DNA of 64,000 nucleotides from Cyanobacteriota bacterium (lineage in GTDB: Bacteria > Cyanobacteriota > Cyanobacteriia > Cyanobacteriales > Nostocaceae), in NCBI GenBank assembly GCA_046045965.1, contig JBJOKS010000018.1:56297-120296 (forward strand). The letters are read 5' to 3'. Made by a program: the position numbers and the translations under genes. This document shows positions 40,405 to 50,993 of this stretch, in pieces (position 1 is the stretch's first letter; each line of letters starts with the position of its first letter). The notes beneath the pieces are model-generated. The model saw nothing but the letters and a program-made list of their open reading frames with translations, did no database searches and was not told the origin of the DNA.

Positions 40405-41064
40405 TTAAACATCTACAGGATGTTGACCATAATATGGTAAAGCTTCTGACCAATGAAGATGTTTATTTTGTTGCCAATCTAAATAAGCTAATTCTAAAAT
40501 ACTGGTGACAGTTGCAGCTAAACCAGATGTGGCTTTAATTAATTGATATTCTGTTTGCCAATTATTTAAAGTTTCCTGCCATTTTTCTGGTGTAAAAACA
40601 GTATCTGGTAATAATGCAATGATGCCAGAATTATCAGCAGCTATTTGATAAATTGCACCAAAAATTTGCCCTCGTTGGGCTGGCATTTCTACAGCAATAA
40701 TTGGCTGAATTTCTGAATTTTTACTTTTTTCATTCCAAGCGAATGCTGCTAAAGTAGAAATTGCAAATACAGGAATTTCTAACTGTTGTCCTAAAGTCCT
40801 GGCTGTGACTACACCAATGCGACTACCTGTAAAACCTCCTGGACCCTTAGCCACAGCGATAAATGCTAAATCTTGCCATGTTTGAGGTTTAATTAAATCA
40901 ATTAAATATTGATGGATATGACTGGATACATCACGTCCTAAATTCCAAACATGAGCGCGGGTATCGTCTGCAAAATTACTAATTACTAAACCTAATTCTG
41001 GTGTAGTGGTGTGCAGTCCTAAAGCGTATTTTGTGGGGGAGAGAGGTTCTAGTTTAGTGGTCAA
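40405..41064 (-). CDS. tsaB: tRNA t6A biosynthesis protein TsaB
   Basis: AVAKGPGGFTG.RIG...ARTL, A.RG..F, P.Y. Confidence 0.9.
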   Translation of the reverse strand: MTTKLEPLSPTKYALGLHTTTPELGLVISNFADDTRAHVWNLGRDVSSHIHQYLIDLIKPQTWQDLAFIAVAKGPGGFTGSRIGVVTARTLGQQLEIPVFAISTLAAFAWNEKSKNSEIQPIIAVEMPAQRGQIFGAIYQIAADNSGIIALLPDTVFTPEKWQETLNNWQTEYQLIKATSGLAATVTSILELAYLDWQQNKHLHWSEALPYYGQHPVDV

Positions 41065-41132
41065 GGTAGTTTATTGATCATAAATAAGCAAAGTAAATTA
41101 TAATATAAAATCAAACTCTCATTCTCTCATTT

Positions 41133-41230
41133 CTCTGCGTCCTCTGCGCCTCTGCGGTATGCCTACGGCACGCTACGCGAACGTTAATAAAAACATAGAT
41201 ACCCAACTTCTAAGAGAATTTAGGTATCTA
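41133..41230. repeat. Cluster of dispersed repeats: CTCTGCG array with an inserted ~26-nt SDR-like element, then a TAGATACC...GGTATCTA palindrome
   Basis: Related CT(C/T)TGCG arrays at 39173-39200 and 55992-56019; related palindrome at 43489-43513. Confidence 0.65.
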
Positions 41231-41277
41231 GGTCTTAAAAATCCAAAATCCAAAATCTAAAATCTAAAATCTAAAAT

Positions 41278-41526
41278 TCAAGTGGGTACTAATTCACCGG
41301 GACGTAATTTAGACCATTTACCCATTTCTTGTTTGAAGCTGAGACAACCGACTACATCCCATTCCATTTCAATGATGTCATCTTTCGTGCGAATATTAAC
41401 ATTGATGGAAGGTTCATTAGGGTCAAAATTTGGGTTTTCGGTCAAGTGGGGCTGTTGGTGCTGTGCTTCTACTGCATTGTAGGTTACACAACGGTCTACA
41501 TAGTGGCAATTCACGCAAATACACAT
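41278..41526 (-). CDS. ycf34: Ycf34 family Fe-S protein
   Basis: MCICVNC...C..Y..VE.QH...EWDVVGC. Confidence 0.9.
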   Translation of the reverse strand: MCICVNCHYVDRCVTYNAVEAQHQQPHLTENPNFDPNEPSINVNIRTKDDIIEMEWDVVGCLSFKQEMGKWSKLRPGELVPT

Positions 41527-41612
41527 AATAGAACCAACTCCTGGAACCTTTATAGTTAATGTAGCTCAAGCCAAAATGTTAAGCATTAGTTGGTGGGTTG
41601 ATTTTTATTACA

Positions 41613-42884
41613 ATGAATAATTCAATTGTTAATCGTTTGGATGCTCGAAATTGGCCTTTTAGCTTAGAATGGTTGCCGAAAACTGCTTACATGGTAGGTG
41701 GTGCGGTGCGGGATGCGATTTTGGGTAGAAGTCGAGAATATTTAGATTTAGATTTTATTATTGCAGATGATGCGGTCAAAGTTGCAAGGGCGATCGCCAA
41801 ACATTATCAAGCTGGTTTTGTTTTATTGGATGCGGAAAGAAAAATTGCCCGTGTGGTTTTTCCCCATGCTACCGCAGATTTTGCCCAACAGGAAGGAGAG
41901 AGTTTATTAACTGATTTGCATAGAAGGGATTTTACAATAAATGCGATCGCCTATAATCCCCATACCCAGGAAATTATTGACCCTCTGCAAGGTTATAGAG
42001 ATATAGAAGCTGGTTTATTACGGATGATATCACCCCAAAATCTGCAAGATGACCCTTTGCGGTTAATGCGGGCATATCGTCAAGCTGCCCAACTGGGGTT
42101 TACAATTGAACCAACTACCCAAGCCACTATTCGCACCTTAGCAGCAGATATCAGTAAAGTTGCAGCCGAAAGAGTACGGGTAGAAATTGGTTATCTTTTA
42201 GCCAGTTCTCAGGGTACACCTTGGTTAAAAAGTGCCTGGGAAGATAATTTACTCGCTAGTTTTTTTACAAATGCTAACCGTGAAAGCTTGGAGAAATTAG
42301 CCGCAGTTGACAAAGCTTGCAGCTTGATAGGGGAAAAATATCCACAATTAGGGAGAGAACTGGAACAACCTGTCCGTCATACCGTCAAAACCACTTGGTT
42401 AGGTATTGCTAAACTTGCTTGTCTTGTTCACCCCAACCCAGACATAGCAGAAATAGAATTACAGGAACTAACTTATAGCCGTATGGAAATTCGCGGTGTA
42501 ACAACCGCCCTGCGACTGTTCCCGCAGTTCAAAGCGGTTAATATGTCCTTGCGAGAACAGTATTTTTTGTTTCAGGACGTGGGAGTTGTATTTAGTGCTA
42601 CAACTGTCTTAGCCTTAGTAGATGATGTAGTAGAGGCGATGTCTGGCGATAATCCGCTATGCGTCTATGCACCCTTGATCGACCGTTACCTGAACCCTGA
42701 TGATTTGGTAGCTCACCCCTCACCGTTGGTGAGTGGTAAAGAGGTGATTATAGCACTAAATGTTCCAGCTTCACCACTTATTGGAAAAATATTGTGTGAA
42801 ATTGCGATCGCTCAAGCTGAAGGAAAAGTTAACACAAGACAGGAAGCGTTAGAATTTGCAAAACAGGTGACTGGGGACTGGTGA
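41613..42884 (+). CDS. Class II tRNA nucleotidyltransferase, probably CC-adding
   Basis: VGGAVRD...DLD, RRDFTINA, DDPLR; very short loop before motif B. Confidence 0.88.
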   Translation: MNNSIVNRLDARNWPFSLEWLPKTAYMVGGAVRDAILGRSREYLDLDFIIADDAVKVARAIAKHYQAGFVLLDAERKIARVVFPHATADFAQQEGESLLTDLHRRDFTINAIAYNPHTQEIIDPLQGYRDIEAGLLRMISPQNLQDDPLRLMRAYRQAAQLGFTIEPTTQATIRTLAADISKVAAERVRVEIGYLLASSQGTPWLKSAWEDNLLASFFTNANRESLEKLAAVDKACSLIGEKYPQLGRELEQPVRHTVKTTWLGIAKLACLVHPNPDIAEIELQELTYSRMEIRGVTTALRLFPQFKAVNMSLREQYFLFQDVGVVFSATTVLALVDDVVEAMSGDNPLCVYAPLIDRYLNPDDLVAHPSPLVSGKEVIIALNVPASPLIGKILCEIAIAQAEGKVNTRQEALEFAKQVTGDW

Positions 42885-42938
42885 CTGGTGACTGGTGACT
42901 GGGTAGAAAAATAAAGTCTTTATCCTGACTCCTGACTC

Positions 42939-43403
42939 CTATTTAGCATACTTAGGAGAATTAGCCAGTTCTTCTGCAACTCGTTTAAATCTCTTGAGTT
43001 GTGCTTCCATATCTGCTTTTGTCCAAGATGCAGCAAAAGTGTTAAAACCCCAACTAACAACAGGGTTAGGAATTTTAAACTCAAAGCGGTTAATTAAAAG
43101 TGTACCTTTAGGGAGTGGTTGACATTCCCAGCGATCGCTACCTTGGAAAAAGCCCTTAAAACCCCAGATTACTAAACCTGGTTGACGTTCGAGAACTACA
43201 GTATTTAAAGTTGGTTTAATTACAGGAATTTGAATCATAAACCGACTACGACTACCTATTTCCGTACTCCACACTTCTCCCACCGGTTCGCAACGGAGAA
43301 CAGGGTTAAGCCAGCGGTGCATTAAAGTTAAATCTGTAAAACATTGTTCTACTAATGTTGCAGGAGCATTAATTTTAATTGATTGTTCTAAAACCTGGGA
43401 CAT
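42939..43403 (-). CDS. SRPBCC/polyketide cyclase-like protein
   Basis: EQSI.INAP...V...TD.....W.P; START-like pattern. Confidence 0.8.
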   Translation of the reverse strand: MSQVLEQSIKINAPATLVEQCFTDLTLMHRWLNPVLRCEPVGEVWSTEIGSRSRFMIQIPVIKPTLNTVVLERQPGLVIWGFKGFFQGSDRWECQPLPKGTLLINRFEFKIPNPVVSWGFNTFAASWTKADMEAQLKRFKRVAEELANSPKYAK

Positions 43404-43569
43404 TTTTTATTAATAAGGCTATTGCTATGTTTATCATAAGCTACTATAGCAATTTTATCTTATTTATGAAAATCTCTCAAGCTCAGAACCCCAACTTCTC
43501 TGAGAAGTCAGGGATATTGTTGTTAATTGATGATGAGATGTGCTAGATCAGAATCAAATCATACTGCCA

Positions 43570-45150
43570 TCAACTCACAGTTTCTAACTGCAAACTTGCG
43601 GTTTCTTTCTTCTCCAATTCTTGCTGCTGTAATACTGCTAATTCTGCCTCTATTTGTGCTTTGACTTCATGACGAAAATTGAAAAAATGTTCACCCACAC
43701 CCAAGGCAATTAAATAATCATACAATAAATTTGGTTTACGCCATACCATAACTACCAATTGCCACCAAAAATGAAATCTTGTAGAACGCAACATTCCCTG
43801 TCTCCAACAAATAGCCTTTAAAAAATCCCACTCTGCTTTTGTTAAAGTCCGTTGATATTTAGCCCGCCAACCTTCCATCATCATAAAATGCTTAAAAGTA
43901 CGTTTTAGATATGGTAATGGTTCATACAAATTCCAAAAAGTTTCAATAAACTCGTCAGCAATTTCTGTCATGGGACGAGTAGGAATAAAATTAATCAAAG
44001 ATTTTTGAGAACCAACAAATTCACCTAACCCATCCAGTAAACGTCCTTCTTTTTGTAGACGAGTCCACATTGCTGTATTTGGTAATGCTTGCAATAAATT
44101 GAGATGAGCTTGGGGAATATTCGTTTCTTCTACAAACTCTTGAATGCGTTTACCTGCGCCTGGTTTTTCATTATCAAATCCTAAAATAAAACCCGACATA
44201 ATTTGTAATCCGGCTTTAGTAATTTTGTGGCAGGATTCAACTAATGAATTGCGAGTATTTTGTTCTTTATTTGCTCCTACTAAACTCTCAACATCAGGAG
44301 TTTCAATACCCATAAATACCATCACAAAACCAGCTTTTACCATCAATTCTAATAATTCATCATCTTCTGCTAAATTCAAAGACGCTTCTGTTAATAAAGC
44401 AAAAGGATAATTACGTTTTTCCATCCAGGGAATTAGTTCCTTTAAAAATACTTTAGCATTGCGTTTATTGCCGATAAAGTTATCATCAACAATAAATACA
44501 TAACGCCACCAACCCATCTGATATAATACTTCTAATTCTGCTAGAATTTGTTCTGGTGTTTTCGTGCGTGGCTTACGTCCAAAAAGGGTGATAATATCAC
44601 AGAATTCACATTGAAATGGACAACCACGAGAAAACTGGACGGTCATTGCTATATAAGCATTTAAATCTAATAAATCAAATCTTGGTAAGGGAGTTTGGGT
44701 AACATCTGGTTTTTCTGTAGCGCGGAAAATACCTTTTTCTTCTCCCTTTTCTAAAGCTGCTAAAAACATGGGAATAGTGATTTCCCCCTCATCCAAAATT
44801 AAATAATCTGCTCCTGCTTCTAGGGCAAATTCTGGTACAGATGTGGCAAATGGTCCACCAACTGCGACTTTTTTACCTAATTTTTTACCTGTTTGAATTA
44901 ATTCACCAAAATCTTGTTTTTGAATAATCATTGCCGAGATAATTACAATATCACACCATTGCCAATCTGCATCAGTTTCTAGACGAACATTGCGATCGCT
45001 CAACCTAAATTCCCAATCACTTGGTAACATTGCTGCTACTGTGATCAAACCTAATGGGGGATTTGTAGCACGTAAATTAGCTAAATCAAGAGTTTCTTGA
45101 TAAGACCAAAAAGAATTAGGCATGATTGGCCATATTAATAAAGCTTTCAT
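43570..45150 (-). CDS. B12-binding radical SAM protein (DUF4070-type C-terminus)
   Basis: PPLGL.TVAA, VAVGGP, SRGCPFQCEFC, VDDNF. Confidence 0.92.
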   Translation of the reverse strand: MKALLIWPIMPNSFWSYQETLDLANLRATNPPLGLITVAAMLPSDWEFRLSDRNVRLETDADWQWCDIVIISAMIIQKQDFGELIQTGKKLGKKVAVGGPFATSVPEFALEAGADYLILDEGEITIPMFLAALEKGEEKGIFRATEKPDVTQTPLPRFDLLDLNAYIAMTVQFSRGCPFQCEFCDIITLFGRKPRTKTPEQILAELEVLYQMGWWRYVFIVDDNFIGNKRNAKVFLKELIPWMEKRNYPFALLTEASLNLAEDDELLELMVKAGFVMVFMGIETPDVESLVGANKEQNTRNSLVESCHKITKAGLQIMSGFILGFDNEKPGAGKRIQEFVEETNIPQAHLNLLQALPNTAMWTRLQKEGRLLDGLGEFVGSQKSLINFIPTRPMTEIADEFIETFWNLYEPLPYLKRTFKHFMMMEGWRAKYQRTLTKAEWDFLKAICWRQGMLRSTRFHFWWQLVVMVWRKPNLLYDYLIALGVGEHFFNFRHEVKAQIEAELAVLQQQELEKKETASLQLETVS

Positions 45151-45331
45151 CAAGCACATCCCCCAGATTTGCTTTTTTGTAAATACCCATTTAGTCTTGC
45201 AATATAAAGGCTGAAAGAGTTAGTTTTTATCCATCTGGAGGTACAGATTTATAAATTTACATATAGACAAAATATGGACAAGGTATTATAATTATCTCAG
45301 CTATCGAAAAAATATGGGGATTTAAACAGGA

Positions 45332-45631
45332 GTGAATGTTATTAGTCGAAAAATTTTGCGGGATTTCTGTTTAAACCATGCTGATTCCTGCGATGCACTT
45401 TATGACTGGTATAGAGTAGCAAGTAAAGCTCAATGGCAAAACTTGATTGAAGTCCAATCATTTTATAAAAGTGCTGAATCAGTAGGAAAATTTACGGTTT
45501 TTAACATTAGAGGCAATAACTATCGTTTAATAGTTGATATTGTCTATGCTAGTCAAAGAATTTATATAAAATATATTTTAACTCATGCTGAATACGATCA
45601 AGGAAAATGGAAAAATGACCCTTACTTTTAA
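45332..45631 (+). CDS. higB: HigB-family toxin (RelE-like mRNase)
   Basis: VISRK.L..F, VFNI.GN.YRLI, THAEYD; AGGA RBS. Confidence 0.9.
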   Translation: MNVISRKILRDFCLNHADSCDALYDWYRVASKAQWQNLIEVQSFYKSAESVGKFTVFNIRGNNYRLIVDIVYASQRIYIKYILTHAEYDQGKWKNDPYF

Positions 45632-46025
45632 CCCAGAATCCTACGGTGCTTTACTTGCTCAATATCAACCAAAAGTGATCAATACAGAAGAAGAAAATGA
45701 AAACGCGATCGCTATTGTAGAGAATTTAGAACACCGTTCCCATATCACTCCAGAGGAAAAAGCACTATTGGAATTATTGGTAACATTAATTTCCAAATTT
45801 GAGGAAGAAAATTATCCTATACCTCAAGGAACACCACATTCTATTTTACTTCACTTAATGGAAGCGCAAAATGTGACTCAAGAAGATTTGTTTGCAGTGC
45901 TTGGATCACCTAATATAGTGTATGAAATTATTGATAATCAATTACCGATCAATAAAAAACAAGCTCAGGTTTTAGCTGATTTTTTCCATGTAGATGTGGA
46001 ACTTTTATTAACTAATCCCCAATGA
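45615..46025 (+). CDS. higA: HigA-family antitoxin (HTH)
   Basis: MTLTF....Y, LL..LI..FE, L.HLME, QA..LA.FF; overlaps higB. Confidence 0.88.
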   Translation: MTLTFNPESYGALLAQYQPKVINTEEENENAIAIVENLEHRSHITPEEKALLELLVTLISKFEEENYPIPQGTPHSILLHLMEAQNVTQEDLFAVLGSPNIVYEIIDNQLPINKKQAQVLADFFHVDVELLLTNPQ

Positions 46026-46092
46026 CTACTAAAATAGGTTTTGTAACCGCCACCTAAGAAAGCGGGGAAGAGGAGATAACTAAGAAATAATT

Positions 46093-47100
46093 ATGGGTAA
46101 GCAGCGCGTTTTGTCGGGAGTTCAACCAACTGGTAACTTACACTTGGGTAATTACTTGGGTGCTATTCGCAACTGGGTAGAAATTCAAGACCAGTATGAA
46201 AATTTCTTTTGTGTGGTAGATTTACACGCCATTACCGTACCACATAACCCCGCCACTTTAGCGGCTGATACTTACACCATCGCTGCTTTATATTTAGCCT
46301 GTGGCATTGATTTACAACATTCTAACATTTTTGTCCAATCTCACGTTTCTGCCCACAGTGAGCTTTGTTGGTTGTTAAACTGCATCACTCCCTTAAATTG
46401 GTTGCAAGATATGATTCAATTTAAGGAAAAAGCCGTTAAACAAGGTGAAAACGTCGGTGCAGGTTTGTTGACTTATCCGGTTTTAATGGCTGCGGATATT
46501 TTACTTTATCAAGCGGATAAAGTGCCAGTGGGTGAGGATCAAAAGCAACATTTAGAACTAGCGCGGGATATTGTTAACAGGTTTAATCATCAATTTGCGA
46601 AGGATAAGCCTGTATTAAAATTACCAGATCCTTTGATTAGAAAAGAAGGTGCAAGGGTAATGAGTTTAACCGATGGCACAAAGAAAATGTCAAAGTCTGA
46701 TCCTTCGGAGTTAAGCAGAATCAATGTTTTAGATCCACCAGATCAAATTACCAATAAAATTAAACGTTGTAAAACTGATCCAGTGCGCGGTTTAACCTTT
46801 GATGATCCAGAAAGACCGGAATGTAATAACCTGTTAACTCTGTATATGCTGCTGTCTGGGAAAACCAAAGAAGCGGTAGCGTCCGAATGTGCGGATATGG
46901 GTTGGGGTCAATTTAAACCTTTATTGACCGAAACTACGATTAACGCTTTAAAACCGATTCAAGATAAGTATAAGGAGGTAATGGACGAAAAAGGTTATTT
47001 AGAGTCAGTGTTAAAAGATGGAAGGGAGAAAGCGGAAGCGATCGCTAACCAAACTTTAGCAGATGTGAAAGCTGCTTTAGGTTATACAGCGCGGTTGTAA
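46093..47100 (+). CDS. trpS: Tryptophan-tRNA ligase
   Basis: SGVQPTG.LHLGNY, YPVLMAADIL, VPVGEDQ.QH, KMSKS. Confidence 0.97.
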   Translation: MGKQRVLSGVQPTGNLHLGNYLGAIRNWVEIQDQYENFFCVVDLHAITVPHNPATLAADTYTIAALYLACGIDLQHSNIFVQSHVSAHSELCWLLNCITPLNWLQDMIQFKEKAVKQGENVGAGLLTYPVLMAADILLYQADKVPVGEDQKQHLELARDIVNRFNHQFAKDKPVLKLPDPLIRKEGARVMSLTDGTKKMSKSDPSELSRINVLDPPDQITNKIKRCKTDPVRGLTFDDPERPECNNLLTLYMLLSGKTKEAVASECADMGWGQFKPLLTETTINALKPIQDKYKEVMDEKGYLESVLKDGREKAEAIANQTLADVKAALGYTARL

Positions 47101-47120
47101 TAAATAACTGCGAATATAAT

Positions 47121-47232
47121 AGAGCCTCTGGCACGCTTTGCGAACGCGTCTACACAAACAAAATCCGCCTTCGCGGACTGCAATTAACCCACGCAGGTGG
47201 GTTTTGTCTTTGTAGGTGCGATTTCTAATCGT
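47121..47232. repeat. REP-like doublet palindrome with an SDR-like insertion at its left end
   Basis: CTACACAAACAAAA...TTTTGTCTTTGTAG outer inverted repeat with two internal hairpins; GCCTCTGGCACGCTTTGCGAAC matches 41161-41182. Confidence 0.7.
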
Positions 47233-47298
47233 TGAGGTTTACGCTAGAAAGTGTAATTTGTTTTACCCTTTAAGAAAACCTCCAGATAAATTTGAACC

Positions 47299-48213
47299 AT
47301 GCAGGATAGCCATAACACCAGTGTTTTAAACAACTTCCGCAAAGCGGTACAAGCAGGAGAATTTCTTGTTACTGCTGAAGTTGCACCTCCGAAAGGGGGA
47401 GATATCACCCATACACTTGAAATGGCAGCGACTCTTAAGGGGAGAGTTCATGCTGTCAATATTACTGATGGTAGTCGCGCTGTGTTGGGGATGTCGTCTC
47501 TAGCAGCTTCGGTGATTTTATTGCAAAATGGAATTGAGCCGATTTGTCAAGTTGCTTGTCGCGATCGCAATAGAATTGGATTACAAGCAGATTTAATGGG
47601 CGCTCATGCTTTGGGTATTCGTAACATTTTAGCTTTAACCGGCGACCCTGTAAAAGCAGGTGATCATCCTGATGCCAAAGCTGTTTTTGATTTAGAATCT
47701 GTGCGATTATTGCAGTTAATTAGAAACATGAATCAGGGGGTTGATTTTAATCATAAAACCTTGAATGATGGCGCTTTAGATTTATTTACTGGTGCAGCAG
47801 TTGATCCACAAAGTAAAAGTTGGTCAGGTTTACAAAGTCGGTTTGAAAAGAAAATAGAAGCCGGAGCGCAATTTTTTCAAAGTCAATTAATTACTGATTT
47901 TGAAAAATTAGAAAAGTTCATGGATCAAATTGCATCGCGTTACAATAAACCTATTTTAGCGGGAATTTTTCTGTTGAAATCTGCGAAAAATGCCCAATTT
48001 ATTAATAGGATGGTTCCGGGTGTGAATATTCCTGAACACATTATTGATAGGTTAGCAAAAGCTAAACATCCGTTACAGGAAGGGATGAAAATTGCAGCCG
48101 AACAGGTGCAGATGGCGCAGGGTTTGTGTCAGGGTGTGCATATTATGGCGGTGAAAAAAGAAGAGGCGATCGCGCCAATTTTAGATTTAGCGGGAGTGGG
48201 GAAGGTTAGTTAA
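47299..48213 (+). CDS. metF: Methylenetetrahydrofolate reductase
   Basis: E..PPKG, VNITD, CRDRN, LALTGD, KIEAGA.FFQSQ. Confidence 0.9.
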   Translation: MQDSHNTSVLNNFRKAVQAGEFLVTAEVAPPKGGDITHTLEMAATLKGRVHAVNITDGSRAVLGMSSLAASVILLQNGIEPICQVACRDRNRIGLQADLMGAHALGIRNILALTGDPVKAGDHPDAKAVFDLESVRLLQLIRNMNQGVDFNHKTLNDGALDLFTGAAVDPQSKSWSGLQSRFEKKIEAGAQFFQSQLITDFEKLEKFMDQIASRYNKPILAGIFLLKSAKNAQFINRMVPGVNIPEHIIDRLAKAKHPLQEGMKIAAEQVQMAQGLCQGVHIMAVKKEEAIAPILDLAGVGKVS

Positions 48214-48253
48214 GAAAAAGTCTGATCCCCGATGTAGACTATTGTGTATAAAA

Positions 48254-48285
48254 AGCGGTAAGCAATTTTATTTTTACTTACCGCT
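48254..48285. terminator. Hairpin between convergent metF and psaK
   Basis: AGCGGTAAG ... CTTACCGCT, followed by TTT on the minus strand. Confidence 0.45.
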
Positions 48286-48321
48286 GAATTTTGACTCTCT
48301 ATGGCAAGAAAGTATTAAATT

Positions 48322-48573
48322 TTATAAACGACCAATATTAGTCAGTCCTAAAACAATACCAATACCGATCACATGACCAAAAGCCATTGCACCGATAAAC
48401 GCGGGGATAGTAACGGGAAGCACAGGCATTTGGGGTCCAACCTTGGGCGCTTTACTTGCTAAACTCAGTAAGAGTACCACGAAACAGCTGGCACTGATAA
48501 TGATACCGACTGTAGGACTCCACTCAGGTGTTGCGGGTATGGATGCTGCTGCTAGTAAGATAGATGATAACAA
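48322..48573 (-). CDS. psaK: Photosystem I subunit PsaK
   Basis: TPEWSP, two TM helices, FGH.IG.G..LGL; AGGAG RBS before TTG. Confidence 0.9.
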   Translation of the reverse strand: MLSSILLAAASIPATPEWSPTVGIIISASCFVVLLLSLASKAPKVGPQMPVLPVTIPAFIGAMAFGHVIGIGIVLGLTNIGRL

Positions 48574-48700
48574 GATGTATTCTCCTACAATGAAAAAATG
48601 AATGTAAGCCTACAAAATTATAGAATTACGTAGGACAAAGCAAAAGTTTTTCGTTTAACTTAATGTAGTTTTGTGATTATTTGTAATTTTTCAGACTTAA

Positions 48701-49330
48701 ATGCGGGTTAAAATTTGCGGCATTACTCAACCACAGCAGTCTCTAGCAATAGTATCTCTCGGTGCAACTGCACTGGGATTTATTTGTGTACCGACTTCGC
48801 CACGCTACGTTACTATAGAGCAAATTCAGACGGCAGTAGCACCAATACCTAACAATACTGATAGAATTGGCGTTTTTGCCAACAGTAGTATTTCACAAAT
48901 CACTCATACAGTAATTGCATCTAATTTAACTGGTGTGCAGTTACACGGAGACGAATCACCAGAATTTTGTTACCAATTGCGCCAATCTCTACCCTATGTA
49001 GAAATTATTAAAGCCTTGAGAGTTCGCAATTTGCAACAGCTAGAAACCACTGCTAACTATATTGATTATGTAGATACTTTACTACTTGATGCCTATCATC
49101 CTCAACAATTAGGAGGAACAGGTCAAACTTTAGACTGGCAAATGTTACAGGCTTTTAGTCCCAGTCGTCCTTGGTTTTTAGCAGGAGGCCTAACACCAGA
49201 TAATATTTTAACTGCTCTGAGTCAAATTCACCCTGATGGTATTGATTTATCTAGTGGTGTGGAACTTTCCCCAGGGGATAAAGATTTGGATAAGGTAGCA
49301 CTGTTGTTTGCAAGATTAGGTAATGGGTAA
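48701..49330 (+). CDS. trpF: Phosphoribosylanthranilate isomerase
   Basis: VKICGIT, SPRYV, QLHGDE, GGTG, LAGGL, DLSSGVE. Confidence 0.95.
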   Translation: MRVKICGITQPQQSLAIVSLGATALGFICVPTSPRYVTIEQIQTAVAPIPNNTDRIGVFANSSISQITHTVIASNLTGVQLHGDESPEFCYQLRQSLPYVEIIKALRVRNLQQLETTANYIDYVDTLLLDAYHPQQLGGTGQTLDWQMLQAFSPSRPWFLAGGLTPDNILTALSQIHPDGIDLSSGVELSPGDKDLDKVALLFARLGNG

Positions 49331-49423
49331 TAGGTAATTGGTAATGGGTAATTGGTAATAGTTTTTCCCAATCCCCAGTCCCCAATACCCAGTCCCCAGT
49401 CCCCAATACCCAGCTTCTAATTC

Positions 49424-50131
49424 CTAAAAGAATGCTGCTTGATGACGAATTAAGTTCAAGAACTCTTCACGGGTTTTTTGCTCATCTTGGAAAACACCCA
49501 CCATAGAACTGGTAACAGTCCAAGAACCGGGTTTTTGTACACCGCGCATCACCATACACATATGGGTCGCTTCCATGACCACAGCAACACCTTGAGGTTC
49601 GAGAATGGTTTGGACTGCTTCAGCAATTTGTCGAGTTAGCCTTTCTTGTACTTGTAAGCGACGAGAATACATTTCTACAATCCGCGCCAGCTTACTTAAG
49701 CCGACAACTTTTTGATTAGGGATATAAGCAACGTGCGCTCTACCCATAAATGGCAGCATATGATGTTCGCAGAGACTAAAAAAACTAATATCTCGAACTA
49801 GCACCATCTCATTATGCCCTTCGTCAAAGATAGCACCATTCACTAATTGTTCTAGAGATTGGTTGTAGCCACCGGTGAGAAACATCATAGCCTCAGCTAC
49901 GCGCTTGGGTGTTTTGAGTAGTCCTTCCCGTTCTGGATCTTCTCCGACACCGATCAGCATTGTCCGCACAGCTTCCATCATTTGCTCCATGCTTTCCTCT
50001 GAGGGTGGATGCAAATCTGCCTGTTTACCATTATGGGTGTTTCTGTCAGGTCTGGTAGTGATAGCTTGCGCTAAATCAGGAATCAGAGGAGATTGTGAGC
50101 GATTGGAACCGTTAGAACTAGCAATAGTCAT
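49424..50131 (-). CDS. folE: GTP cyclohydrolase I
   Basis: GEDP.REGL..TP.R, SLCEHH, GLSKLAR, QERLT, HMCM.MRG. Confidence 0.97.
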   Translation of the reverse strand: MTIASSNGSNRSQSPLIPDLAQAITTRPDRNTHNGKQADLHPPSEESMEQMMEAVRTMLIGVGEDPEREGLLKTPKRVAEAMMFLTGGYNQSLEQLVNGAIFDEGHNEMVLVRDISFFSLCEHHMLPFMGRAHVAYIPNQKVVGLSKLARIVEMYSRRLQVQERLTRQIAEAVQTILEPQGVAVVMEATHMCMVMRGVQKPGSWTVTSSMVGVFQDEQKTREEFLNLIRHQAAFF

Positions 50132-50267
50132 GGTATAAGTCTTGGTAATTGATAATTGGTCATTGGTAATTGGTAATTGGTGATTGGTAATTGGTCATTG
50201 GTAATTGAGAAGAATAAACTCTTGCCTTTTGCCTCTTGCCTTTTTACTGTCACCTGTCACCTAAAAA

Positions 50268-50993
50268 TTAAAGAATGCCAGCATTAGACATCAGAGTTAA
50301 TTCTTCAATGACTGCTTCCTGTGGTAATAAAGCAGTGTATAGAATTGTCTGAGCCACTATTTCTGGCGTTAACATTTGGGAACGGTCAAAGTTAGCATGA
50401 ACAGTTTCGGTGTCCCAAATTGCAGTATTGACAGCACCTGGACAGATGGAAATTACACGAATGCCGTGGCTTCTTTCTTCTTGTGCTAGGGTTTGAGAAA
50501 GGGCTAGTAAACCAGCTTTGCTCACACAGTAAGCTCCCCAACCTGCAAAGGCTTGTTTGGCAGCGATGGAGGCAATGTTGATAATTGTGCCTTGACCTCG
50601 TTGCCTCATTCCCGGCAAAATTCCCATCATGCACATAAAGACGCTGGTGAGATTTAAATTAATCACCTGCTGCCATTCTTCTAAGGGAGTATCACTCAAA
50701 TTGGCGGTGTATCCCATACCAGCATTGTTTACCAGAATGTCTATGTCGCCAAATTCATGGGCGATCGCCTGTATTTTGGCTTGTACTTGGGAAACACAAC
50801 TTAGATCAACAGTGAAAGCTTTTGCTTCCACTCCTATTTCTTTTGCTGCTGCTGCTACCCCTTCTAATTTTTCCCCAGAACGGCTGACTAAGGCGACATC
50901 TATTCCCGCCTTTGCAAAGGCTAAGGCCGTTGCTTTGCCAATTCCACTGCTTGCACCGGTAATTAAGGCGCGTCGTTTCTGCTCAAAACTCAT
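50268..50993 (-). CDS. Short-chain dehydrogenase/reductase
   Basis: TGASSGIG, NNAG, YCVSK; conserved position between accA and folE. Confidence 0.93.
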   Translation of the reverse strand: MSFEQKRRALITGASSGIGKATALAFAKAGIDVALVSRSGEKLEGVAAAAKEIGVEAKAFTVDLSCVSQVQAKIQAIAHEFGDIDILVNNAGMGYTANLSDTPLEEWQQVINLNLTSVFMCMMGILPGMRQRGQGTIINIASIAAKQAFAGWGAYCVSKAGLLALSQTLAQEERSHGIRVISICPGAVNTAIWDTETVHANFDRSQMLTPEIVAQTILYTALLPQEAVIEELTLMSNAGIL

